Numbered from the stretch's first letter, positions 52,902 to 64,000 are shown. The stretch: 64,000 nucleotides of DNA from Tubulanus polymorphus (GCF_964204645.1 NC_134029.1:806001-870000); one strand, 5' to 3'. Program-made: numbers and translations. Notes: generated by a model not told the origin, from the letters alone.

Positions 52902-53890
52902 ATACGAACATACGTCATAATGTAGCTGATGAAGAGCAATTTCGCTGTCAAAATTTGAGCATTTCCAGCATAATATATAACGGAATTTTATATACCTCAT
53001 ACTGTATTAAACCACCGGGAAACTATTAATGTTTTCATCCGTTTTTCATTATCGATAAAACTTCAACAAATTTTACGATATTCATTATATACGTTTTCAT
53101 CGATTCGACGACGAAATTTCTAATTTCATGAGTGGACACGAATGAATATAGCTGGCGTCAAGAGTCTGCAAGCAATTCGGTCGATTGGCCTAAATACCAC
53201 TGGAAATCGAAGTTCCCAATAAACTGAAGCCCTTAGGAAGAATTCCTCAGTTGCGGCATAGATGCTAAACGAAAGTTTGCCCTTCATCATAAGAGTTTTT
53301 ACACGAATTTTGTTATATATTTTTAAGACTAGAAAAGATAAATCTGTATTGTAACATTTTCTAACCAACGATAAAGTTAACTCGTGTACGATCACAGACA
53401 TATTTTTCAGTAAAATTCAATTCTTTTGTTATAACAAGCCACGAATTACCATCGCAACAACCCAATAACTAGACAAGGATTCAGTTCCACAGTTGTGAGC
53501 TATAGAGAGTTAACTCGGAAATTAGGTTCATTGTCAGTGAGTCAAAACTCAGAATTGTAGACCTGAATCCAAGGACCGGTTTTAAAGAGCAGTATGAAGT
53601 CTACCGGTCCCTTAATTAACAACGTGACAGCGGGTCACCAAATATATTGCAACAAGAAAAATGTAAGTATATAATATTTATACACCAGATCACTTGTAGT
53701 AGATTTCAATTGTAGTCAGATCTAAGCAAACTTACTTTAATTATTCGTTGAACATACGTATTATCAATTAGAAAATGTTACGATCTGTAATTTGAGCAAA
53801 GCTTTGCGAAAAGTGCCGATAGCGAACCTATTATATTTAGCGCACAGAATTGAGGTTGGATTCGTATAGATGTATTTTCTAAACTGAGAT

Positions 53891-54412
53891 TCAAATGCTG
53901 CATTCGCAGGACGTGGTTATAGAAATTTCTTCAGCCAGCCACTTATCACTTAAAGAAGGCGGTATATACACGTGCGAATCTTTATTAGAATCGTTCGGTC
54001 CTCGTTTGCGTAGAACTGTCAAGGTCGTATTACGAGAACGACATTTGAAATTGTTGCAGTAACATAATCGATCTGGACAGAACACTTCGGGTAAGATGTT
54101 CGGGAAATATGAATCGTTAAGGACTCGTGGTTTGTCTATTGTTTCACACGCCCACAAAACCGAGTCATCGTCATTTTGATCGTTTTGGGCGCGTCGCCGT
54201 TTTGGAAGCAAATTCAATCTAAGCGGAATTTTGTTATTATCCCATTTATTAAATCGTCGTAGTATATTCCACAGTATTCTGTTGTTGTTTCGGTTTACTG
54301 GAGATGTGCGACGAAAGCGCCCCCCGCCGCCACCGCCGCCGCCTCCGCCTCCGCCATTTTCCATTTGTCTACAATTCGTCGCGCACATGAAATATACACA
54401 ATAAGTCAACAT
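53891..54412 (-). CDS. Trunk/PTTH-like cystine-knot secreted ligand
   Basis: Hydrophobic N-terminus, poly-Gly, basic sites RFRR and KRRR, then WAC...LNDSYFP...C-x4-C-x5-KC...TLTVLRKR...KWLAEEISITTSCEC, matching the Trunk pattern W-x-C, L-x3-YFP, C-x4-C, F-x-C, VLR(K/R)K, W-x2-EE, CEC. An acceptor just upstream of 54446 suggests a possible upstream exon. Confidence 0.75.
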   Translation of the reverse strand: MLTYCVYFMCATNCRQMENGGGGGGGGGGGGRFRRTSPVNRNNNRILWNILRRFNKWDNNKIPLRLNLLPKRRRAQNDQNDDDSVLWACETIDKPRVLNDSYFPNILPEVFCPDRLCYCNNFKCRSRNTTLTVLRKRGPNDSNKDSHVYIPPSLSDKWLAEEISITTSCECSI

Positions 54413-57400
54413 GAAGTTTACAACACCGCATAATAAAGTCCAATATCTGAAAAAAAAATATCGGTAAATAATGGATAAAAGATAAAAGGTGACTCGAGTT
54501 CAAGAATAAAGTCGATATTATCTAGAAATCTTGTAGATTAGCTGGCATTAACCTGGTATGAAATCAGGACTGTGATAGGAACTGATCTTATCAAAAACGA
54601 CGAGCTTCCCCCACAAAATCGAGCTAACTGAGCAGCTACCTGCTCCGCTAAACACGATTCACTAAATTCGTAATTTCTAATGGACTTACACAATATTACC
54701 TATATTCACGTTTACCGTGAAAATTAAAATTTTAAAAGGTATCTCATAAGGCTATGTCCAGATTTAAGTCAATACATTAGAATTCCATTTTGGTTCCTTC
54801 AGTGTGATTATTACATGCATATTCTAAAATAAAAGATAAAAAAAAACGAAAAATTCAAAGATGCCATGACGATACGTATCTGCGTCAGGTCAGGTGTAGC
54901 GCTCTCATTCCGCACCTATATAACCTGAACCTCGCCAGACAGCTTTATACCCCGACCGTGATCAAATTAATCAAAACAGATCCATCCATTTAACGGATCT
55001 GAAATCAAAGAAGATAATGACACGTTTCTAATAACGATTCGACCCTAAGTTACAGATTGATGACGGATTAAATTATACCCGGGATAGATGAATTATCAGA
55101 CATGGTAATCCAGGGAATACTGCGGGGGTGTTTTAACGAGTCACGGTTTGCACGGTTTCTCTGAATAAAATATGGTTTTCTCTTTTTACTCGTGCGGAAA
55201 TTTCTAACGCGTTTTTTTATAGTTTCCTTGTATAACATAAAATGGAATAATTAATGATAGTTTGGACGTACGACGTTACGGCTTTCATACGCATTTTAGG
55301 CTCCTGCTAGTCAAAGTGTGGGGGAGGGTATAAGATTAGTGATAGAGGAGTAAAGAAGCCTGTAGGGTTGAATCGGAGATGTTTGCACTGATTATCAGTT
55401 GATTCAGACCGGCGTGATGTTACAGCTGGACAGCGACGGTTATTCCGTAATTATCGTCATTGCTTGATTGGGAACTGCTTTAATTAGCGCCTGAGAGGAC
55501 GAGGATAGCGATCGACTCGTCTGACGAATTTTCGTCATAATAACCATCGATGAGAAACTGTGATATTTAAAGATAATTTCAGATTGCACACTAAGAATAG
55601 AAAGAATAGAAAGAGTCTCCGAACTGTACGACGATTTGACTCCTTCCTAATATACTAACGTTTTAACAAAACTATGAGACTAAGCGAACGTCGTTATGAA
55701 TTCAGCGCATGTCTGCTGCCAAATATAAAACTTTTATCGAAGCAATTCAATCTATTATTGATACTGATTGTTAGAATCTGGACGCTGAGGATTTTAGTGC
55801 GTGGCCTCCAGTGGTGCGAATCACGAGGGCTCGGTGACTTATTGCTCTCATAAATACAACCGTAAATATCACATTTCATAATATTGTGTTGTTTTATTAA
55901 ACACATGAGACACTGCTGTATCGACACCGCCGTTATGCGTATTTCCAGACCTGAATCTCACCCGAATCTGAAGTATAAATACAAAAGTAATCGGGGGATG
56001 GGGTCTGTAAAGGTGTCAACATTTCGAATGTACTTTCAATTCTGAAGCCAAAATTACCCTGAAAACCACCATCATATCTTGCCTTCGTTCCATCGGGGCA
56101 TCAATTCCTTAATTGGAATTAAATTTCAAAGTCAACCGGTTTGATAAATTCACTTGTGAAAGTGCATGTTTTAAGTAAAGGTCCAAGTTGTGGGTTGAAC
56201 AGGAAGATCTAATGATTGATCAGAACACTGACATAATTGAATTAATTCTGCGTAACCTTCGTCATTCGAGTTCAGTTCGGTGACGGTCTTTGTTATGAAC
56301 TCACTATGTTTGATTTTATATTCGAAAAAAGTTGTTTGGTGGTTTGTAAGGAATCAACCGTATTTTGTCAATACTTACCTTAATCTAGTCAAAGTTTAAC
56401 AAATCACAAAAATAAAACAATCAAATATTCAGCTATCTATGTATATGATTTAAGGCATTTCGCCATTTAGAGTTTAAATAATTTTATTTTCAATGTGTTT
56501 ACTCTGAGATTCAAATCCTGACTCATTATGGAACTTGGTCGTGGTGTCTTAAAAGCTCGCCTTTAGGTCTGTTGGAAATATGTTGAATTGGAACATAGTT
56601 CATTTCGCGTATATGATGCCGATGACTATTCAAGTCCCAATCAAAACTGAACTGATTTAGATTTCTGAAGCAGCTGCAGCGCAATGGACAGATTTGTTTT
56701 CATAAAATTAATTTTCGATGCAGCGATAGTTATTTAAGGAGTGGTTGATCCGTTAGTCCCCGAGGGGGGTATAAGTTTATTCCCGCCGTTAAAGGGATAG
56801 GTTCACTGACGGCCAAATCCGACGGTTCCGGATCGGAATTGCGTGGGTGGTACTTATTTGAATGGCCAAAATAATTGAATAATCCGATGCTTGAAGAGTA
56901 AAATGTCAGAATCGACTCGTAAACTGAATGAAGGTTCTGAAACTTTAAGGGTTTCGCGCGTTCCTTTATTTCTATTTAAGCGAATCTTCTTGGAAGAATG
57001 ACTATTTTTTTCTAGAACAGAGAATTTTCCGATCTAATTATATCTAATATTTTCATCTTGTAAAGATGTAACGACAAACACCACCCACTCGTCAATGGGT
57101 AATAACGTTAAAAACAATGTTTCTTGAAGTGAAGAAAAACAGTTTTCAAGTCAAATATATCGAATATACGCGCTTCTCTTTGTGAACGCGGGCCAAATAT
57201 GAATCCGGTTTGGTCGGAGCCAGTTTAACCATGGACTCTTTTCGATTCTATGGTTAAACCCGGGTCACATATCGACGACTCCGTCGAAGACATGTTTTAC
57301 CTTTTTAATACATTTGTTGTAATTCTATATTCGGTTCAGCCTCAATCATTTGTATGATTATTTACTGAATACATTTTGAATTTGAATTTTGATAATTCAA

Positions 57401-57934
57401 TCTCCCACTTATCAATAGGGAGATGAGATGAGGGACGAATGTTAAGATCAATTTTTTCGCTTTCAAAACTTCAAGATTGGTTTTTAACGTAAATAAAGAC
57501 GAATTTTTCGATACAAAATTATATCCTGAATGTTCGCGGATCATAATTACTTCGTGACGTCCATGTATTGGATAATTTGGTAATTGAATATCGGTGACCT
57601 AACCATCAACATCGATCGGTTCCAAGTTTCAATTGTGTATTATTACGTTTATGTATAACTCAAACCGATGTTATAAATACACACAAGCACCTGTTCGGTA
57701 TAGAACATACCGAGTGATTACAAAAATACTAATAAGTAATAGTGTTATCATAGGCAATTTTTGATATCTATAAGACATGCGTAAATCGATAGCATTTATT
57801 ATTCTACTTATCGTTATTACAGAGGTATATATACAGAGGAGAACAGGTTAATTTAGTAAATTAGTGAGTGAGTAAGTAATTAGTGTTTGGCAAGGCTTCT
57901 CTGTATATTTACCCCTCTTATTAGTCTACATCTC

Positions 57935-57976
57935 ACACCTGACGATGATCTCTAGTGTGAGATCGAAACGTCGTGT
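57935..57976 (+). ncRNA. Minimal type I hammerhead ribozyme (Penelope-like element type)
   Basis: acac-CUGACGA-u-gaucuc(uagugu)gagauc-GAAAC-GUC-gugu: intact core, 6-bp stem II, loopless palindromic ACGU stem III, 4-bp stem I; predicted cleavage after C57972; AATAAA about 25 nt downstream. Confidence 0.7.
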
Positions 57977-58837
57977 ATCTTATATATTTTAGATTTTTCG
58001 AATAAATGAATTCTTGATTTTGAATCCTTTTAATCTGTAGATAGTGGGTTTTTATCTTATTATTGATAAGTAAATTGATGGGCTCGTCTTCTAAAAAACG
58101 ATCTTCAAAGAAATGATGAATGAAGGAAAAGTAACTGGTAAAAAGTAAGTGTCTTTGATTGGCAGTTTCTATGAAGATGATATTTAGGTAGATATCGGTT
58201 TACAAGAAGAATAGTGGGATGATAGACTAACGAACGAAATATTACAGATAATGAATTATTCTAAACATCTACGCACAATAAGTTTGATTTTCAAAACAAT
58301 ATTCAGAAACTCAGCTAGTTACGCTTACCTCATTAGTTTGATAGTTTCTACGTCCAGAATATGAGCAAGTAAAAATTGGACGAGGCATCGGTTTGAGGTT
58401 GGCTCCTGTCCGGAATTCTCTGGCATGTATTTGTGTATGTGGGTATATCGAGACTCACAGGAAGAGGTATGAACACTGTTTTTATTACCAGTCGCCGCCT
58501 CATAAATAATAAGTTTTTCGCAAGAGAATTTGTCGCAGCCGCATGCGATGCGACAAATTAACATTAACGGTAAGAAATGATAACCAACGCCTGTACCTGC
58601 AACAGAGTGACTGTGACGCGCGAGTACGGTACATACACAGCTGCCACTCGACGGCCGCAGATCATCCATCCTACAATAGTCACCTGGGTGAATTATGATT
58701 GAATTAGATTCAATTAATTCTAAGCGGTCTATCTGTATCTTCTCCTAAGTAACGTTGACTTAATTCGACTGATGCAAACGTTCGAGTTAAACATTAGACT
58801 TGAAGAAATATATCAGCTGAATATCGTAACTCGGGTA

Positions 58838-59236
58838 GGGAGAGGGAGAGGGAGAGGGAGAGGGAGAGGGAGAGGGAGAGGGAGAGGGAGAGGGAGAGGG
58901 AGAGGGAGAGGGAGAGGGATAGGGAGAGGGAGAGGGAGAGGGAGAGGGAGAGGCAGAGGGAGAGGGAGAGGGAGAGGCAGAGGGAGAGGCAGAGGGAGAG
59001 GGAGGGGAGGGGAGGGGAGGGGAGGGGAGGGGAGGGGAGGGGAGGGGAGGGGAGGGGAGGGGAGGGGAGGGGAGGGGAGGGGAGGGGAGGGGAGGGGAGG
59101 GGAGGGGAGGGGAGGGGAGGGGAGGGGAGGGGAGGGGAGGGGAGGGGAGGGGAGGGGAGGGGAGGGGAGGGGAGGGGAGGGGAGGGGAGGGGAGGGGAGG
59201 GGAGGGGAGGGGAGGGGAGAGGGAGGGGGAGAGAGA
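58838..59236. repeat. (GGGAGA)n then (GGGGA)n purine tract
   Basis: Directly visible; explains GR/GGE and PPLPS ORFs. Confidence 0.97.
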
Positions 59237-59506
59237 TAATCATATAAGCTGCCCTTCTTTTTAAGATATATTTTTTTTAATTGATGCTATGTGCCAAATG
59301 TAAATTTGAGACGGGTCTGAAGTCTAGGTAGAATATAAATTCTATACTAAATATAGACTTTAGAACGAAGGCCTACATAAAATTCAAAAACACATTAAAA
59401 TATTTTTATTTAGCACGTGAACATAATTAACATAATTTATTCTGTTTTGTAGTGGATGCGATATCAATTTAGATCCAGTTCATTTTGTAATACTCAGCGG
59501 CTTAAA

Positions 59507-60397
59507 ATGGACGATAAAATGTACAGCGACAATATCGCTTCTTTCAGGCATTTTTTGGGAATGTCTGTTGGAAGTCCAGCCGTTTTAACACAAACATATT
59601 TAGCGGAAGCTTTTCGAAGTTGTTACGCTGAATGTGCAGTTGAAGAAGCTCGAGGATTGAGAGTTCTGTCTATTGGTCCATCTCATGGACATCTACTGGA
59701 GAACGTTATTTATACAGTTGGAAGTGATGTTAAAATTGATCAGTTAGATTGTGTAGAACCAAACACTCATATGTCAGTTGAACTGAAAGAACGGATTGGT
59801 TTACTGGTCAGTAAGTTTCATTTCTCTTACAATATACACAACCGATTATTTACGAAGGACAGCGGATCATTTCTACCGAATAATTTCTACGATTTACTGG
59901 TGTTTTCACATGTTTGCTACTATTTTGATGAGCCTGCTGCTGTTCTGGAGAACGCGTTGTATCAACTTACTCACTGCAATGGTCGAGTATTCATTGCTAT
60001 TGACACCAGCAATTCACCGATCCCGATACGAGACGAAGTAAAGAAAGCTTTATCTAAGAACAGCGACAAGGCACTAAATATAGGCGATAGTATCATTAAT
60101 ATGCCTGAGATTTTATCCAAAACTAAAACTCAAACGCTTTCACATACGAAACATGGAACTGGAACAATAGTTCATCTGGCTCTGATGCCTAATCGACCGA
60201 GTATCAGTGAACGGGATAAAGAAATTCGTCAGTTATCTGATGATATTTTATCATTCTATGCGGAAAGTGATGTCAGTAAACTTACAGATGATGAACGCGT
60301 TACGATACAAAATATCATTCGTAAATACACCGTAGATAGTCATGGATTTCCTATCGTTCCAAGCATTGATGAAACTTTTCTTATCTGTAGAAAATAG
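59507..60397 (+). CDS. Class I SAM-dependent methyltransferase, histamine N-methyltransferase-like, copy 1
   Basis: LRVLSIGPSHG (motif I), DCVEPN (acidic motif II), YDLLVFSHVCYYFDEPAAVL (HNMT-like post-motif IV); start chosen at MDDK by alignment to copy 2 (in-frame ATG also at 59456). Confidence 0.85.
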   Translation: MDDKMYSDNIASFRHFLGMSVGSPAVLTQTYLAEAFRSCYAECAVEEARGLRVLSIGPSHGHLLENVIYTVGSDVKIDQLDCVEPNTHMSVELKERIGLLVSKFHFSYNIHNRLFTKDSGSFLPNNFYDLLVFSHVCYYFDEPAAVLENALYQLTHCNGRVFIAIDTSNSPIPIRDEVKKALSKNSDKALNIGDSIINMPEILSKTKTQTLSHTKHGTGTIVHLALMPNRPSISERDKEIRQLSDDILSFYAESDVSKLTDDERVTIQNIIRKYTVDSHGFPIVPSIDETFLICRK

Positions 60398-60948
60398 GTG
60401 TGCAAATTAGGTGTGCATATTTTGTTATACTCGAAAAAATTATATATCTTTTTCGAGCAATAAACTAAACTTGAAACTATTAATGATATTTCATTCTAGA
60501 TATTTAATCGAATTCTTACTACACCTACAACATTAATGCATATATACCATAGCTAATTTTCACATATAATTGTCATATTTCGCTTCTTGCAACCTATTTT
60601 ATCACGACAGTTTTTGTGTCTCAAACAAGTCTGCTATCACTGATAAATAAATCCTTGTGAAATAAAAACGATATAGTCAGTTTTACTATTCCAAAGTGGA
60701 ACGTTCTGTCGTTATCAGGTCAAGACCAATTCTTCGAGATAGCACCGAATCAGTGACAAGCCTGTTCAGGCTGTTTGGAAGATTGTATTTACATGGATCG
60801 GAATTAAAATTTAAAACATCACCGTCATTGAAATGCGACACGAGAATCACGTGAAAAATACAAATACACCGCGACCCATATAGATATAAACAGTTCCCTT
60901 ATCGAATATATTAGCTATAGTATGATAGCAGTTCTATAGTCATTTACA

Positions 60949-61833
60949 ATGGATGACAAAACGTACAATGACGCGTTCACTTCCTTTAGAATTTTTTGCA
61001 GTTGCTGCGTTGGAAATTCGAACATTTTAAGAGCAACAAAGTTAGCAGATATATTTCGAAGTTGTTACACTGAATGTGCAGTCAAAGAAGCTCGAGGATT
61101 GAGAGTTCTGTCTATTGGTCCATCTCATGGACATCTACTGGAGAACGTAATTTATACAGTTGGAAGTGATGTTAAAATTGATCAGTTAGATTGTGTAGAA
61201 CCAAACACTCATATGTCAGTTGAGCTGAAAGAACGGATGAGTTTACTGGTCAGTAAGTTTCATTTCTCTTACAATATACACAACCGATTATTTACGAAGG
61301 ACAGCGGATCATTTCTACCGAATAATTTCTACGATTTATTGGTGTTTTCGCATGTTTGCTACTATTTTGATGAGCCTGCTGCTGTTCTGGAGAACGCGTT
61401 GTATCAACTCACTCACAGCAATGGTCGAATATCTATATTGCACGAACCTAACGATTCCGTCTCCAACATCCGTGATGAAATAGAAAGCGCTTTATCCGGG
61501 ATCTGCAAGAAGACACCGAATGCAGGGATTTTCAATATTCCTGATATTTTATCCAAAACTAAAACTCAAACGCTTTCACACACAGTAAATGAAGTTGGAA
61601 CAATAGTTCATCTAGCTCTGATGCCTAATCGACCGAGTATCAGTGAACGGGATAAAGAAATTCGTCAATTATCTGACGATATTCTATCGTTCTACGCGGA
61701 TAGAGATGTCAGTAAACTAACAGATGATGAACGCGTCACGATACAAAATATCATTCGTAAATACACCGTAGATAGTCATGGAATTCCTATCGTTCCAACT
61801 ATCCATGATACTTTTCTGGTCTCTAGGAAATAG
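60949..61833 (+). CDS. HNMT-like methyltransferase, copy 2
   Basis: 294-aa intact paralog of copy 1 with the same motifs. Confidence 0.85.
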   Translation: MDDKTYNDAFTSFRIFCSCCVGNSNILRATKLADIFRSCYTECAVKEARGLRVLSIGPSHGHLLENVIYTVGSDVKIDQLDCVEPNTHMSVELKERMSLLVSKFHFSYNIHNRLFTKDSGSFLPNNFYDLLVFSHVCYYFDEPAAVLENALYQLTHSNGRISILHEPNDSVSNIRDEIESALSGICKKTPNAGIFNIPDILSKTKTQTLSHTVNEVGTIVHLALMPNRPSISERDKEIRQLSDDILSFYADRDVSKLTDDERVTIQNIIRKYTVDSHGIPIVPTIHDTFLVSRK

Positions 61834-62173
61834 GTGAACATATTATTGAATTTTTTCTAGACATTTAATCAAATTCTATCTATCTAGAAAATTAATACAT
61901 TCAAAGCAAAGCTAAATTTCATTCTGATCGGCATTCCAAAATTCTCGTTTTTATCCATCATTGCGTGACCTCTGATGATCAAATTTAACCAAATAATGTT
62001 GTGTATAAGCTAGGCGTTCGTATGTGTACTATCCCAGGTAATCTATCGTTCGTCTGACAGTAATTATGTGACAGATTGTATATGGATAATAAAAGTATTA
62101 AACCCTATACATTGATTTTTATGTGTTAAAATATAAAGATCTCATTTCACTATTCAGAATTCACTGATTCAAT

Positions 62174-62644
62174 ATGGTTGACAAGTACAGTGGCGGTTTC
62201 GCTTCATTCAGTAATTTCAACAGTTGTTTTACTGGAAACACAAGGTTTTCAACACAAATATAGCAGAAACTTTTCGTTATTGTTACATTGAATGTGCTTA
62301 TCGAGGATTGAGAGTTCTGTCTATTGGTCCATCTCATGGACATCTGCTGGAGAACGTAATTTATACAGTTGGAAGTGATGTTAAAATTGATCAATTAGAT
62401 TGTGTGGAACCAAACACTCATATGTCAGTTGAACTTAATGAACGGATGAGTTTACTGGCCGAATAATTTCTACGATTTACTAAAAGTAAAAAAGAAATTC
62501 GTCAATTAACTGACGGCATTTCATAATTCTACGCGGAAAGAGATGTCAGTAAACTAACAGATGATGAACGCCACGATACAAAATATCATTCGTAAATACA
62601 CCACAGAAAGTCATGGATTTCCTATAGTTCCAAGCATTGATGAA
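62174..62644 (+). pseudogene. HNMT-like methyltransferase, decayed copy 3
   Basis: Starts ATG GTT GAC AAG, early frameshift/stop, retains RGLRVLSIG...VEPN block, then two internal deletions and further frameshifts before the FPIVPSIDE-coding end. Confidence 0.88.
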
Positions 62645-63259
62645 GCCCATGACAGTCTTATCAAATCAGATCATTAATTGATTCAACAACAATACTTGAA
62701 ACATGCATATCAACAGTTAGAAGGAAGGGATCAACCGAATTCGTAAAACCTTACTGAGATCGTCATCGTCCCTGAGCTCACCCTGGCCCAGCCAGCAAGA
62801 TCGTAGTATGGGATAGGTGGTGGATGAGAAGACTTAGTGGGGCCACTGATATTTTTTTGCAAAAAAAAATCTAGGCTACAGACCAAAAAGCGATAGGGTG
62901 TGTTTTTGGTGAATTTGTGTGGACTATTCTACAATGATATTTACCATCGTGTGCCTGAACCAATCGTCCTATAATCATTCACGCCGGGCACCCGCCCCCA
63001 GGGCTCTAAAAACTGATTGAGCTCCAATCATCGTTGTTTCGCTGCCACGTAGAAAACATGATGATAGTTACAAAATTTGTAAAGAGGCTTTGTAACTGAT
63101 TTTCAGTTGCGGTATCAACATGTTTGGATGCAGTTTAGGGTCCAAAATATCTAATATCATTGACGTAAAGAATACGCGTAGCTCGCAAGAAATCAGTCCA
63201 TTTCTATCTAACCGCATAATTATTTTATCGGTCCGCCCGCCATTCCGCTCTGCATATAT

Positions 63260-63303
63260 AGATGGCGCTCGTTTGTTATGGTAACAGTAACAACCCGGAA
63301 GTG
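63260..63303 (+). promoter_or_regulatory. MORN5 promoter motifs: X-box-like (RFX), ETS, YY1-like
   Basis: agatggcg, gtttgttatggtaac (RFX half-site GGTAAC) and ccggaagtg just upstream of a non-coding exon ending aca|gtaagt at 63381. Confidence 0.45.
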
Positions 63304-63716
63304 TTTTTGAGCAAAATAATTTTTTTTTCTGAACACCGAATTTAATGTCAACACGTCGATAAGGCAGACATCAGGAACACAGTAAGTTTTATTCTGAGTT
63401 CAGAGTATGCGGACGAAAGATCGAAGATCATACTCCGCCCCTTGAAAAGCGCCCTTCTTGTGCTTCCCTAATTTGGCAGGTCCCACCCAGGCCAGAGCAG
63501 AGGGCCAGTCAGTCGTGTGCCAGTGGTATTGCCCAGTCCCAGGCTTTTTTATATCATATTTTCAGAGACGATGACGGCGCAGGTTGGTCGGGTATCAAAT
63601 AAAAAAAAAACATGTTGCGTCAGATTTGGTTTGCATGTCCTGGCGGGAACTTAGTTTCAAGAAGATACCCGAGTAAAAACGTTACATCAAGCCCCTACCC
63701 TCCTGTGTGTGTTTAA

Positions 63717-64000
<284 letters not shown>

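Noticed and set aside
58325-58669. 114-aa minus-strand ORF with splice-like ends
   Set aside because: No recognisable domain or partner exons; cannot be supported.

Overview
Eukaryotic (invertebrate animal, probably spiralian/lophotrochozoan; inference) genomic DNA, AT-rich, with short GT-AG introns. No rRNA, tRNA or CRISPR array is supportable. Genes reconstructed by hand-splicing, in order: a small secreted furin-like Cys-rich protein (-, 3' end unresolved), FKBP8 (-), a PP2C phosphatase (+) with a U12-type first coding intron, an orphan single-pass receptor with a death-domain-like region and Cys/His tail (-), a truncated rhodopsin-class GPCR (-), FoxQ2 (-), a divergent Shaw/Kv3-like K+ channel (+), a frameshifted HemK-like methyltransferase pseudogene (-), a GlyR/GluCl-type anion channel subunit (-), UQCC1 (+), a LicD/fukutin-family transferase (-), a candidate secreted peptide (-), a Trunk/PTTH-like cystine-knot ligand (-), a tandem array of two intact and one decayed HNMT-like methyltransferases (+), and the start of MORN5 (+). 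Non-coding features include a family of short TIR elements (MITE-like), several minisatellites, purine/pyrimidine tracts, a near-perfect intronic palindrome and a minimal type I hammerhead ribozyme. The most striking observations are the block-mosaic methyltransferase array (near-identical SAM-binding core, hypervariable predicted substrate-pocket blocks), the orphan receptor, and the Trunk/PTTH-like ligand with a rearranged cysteine set. All family calls are from motif recognition by eye; no searches were run.
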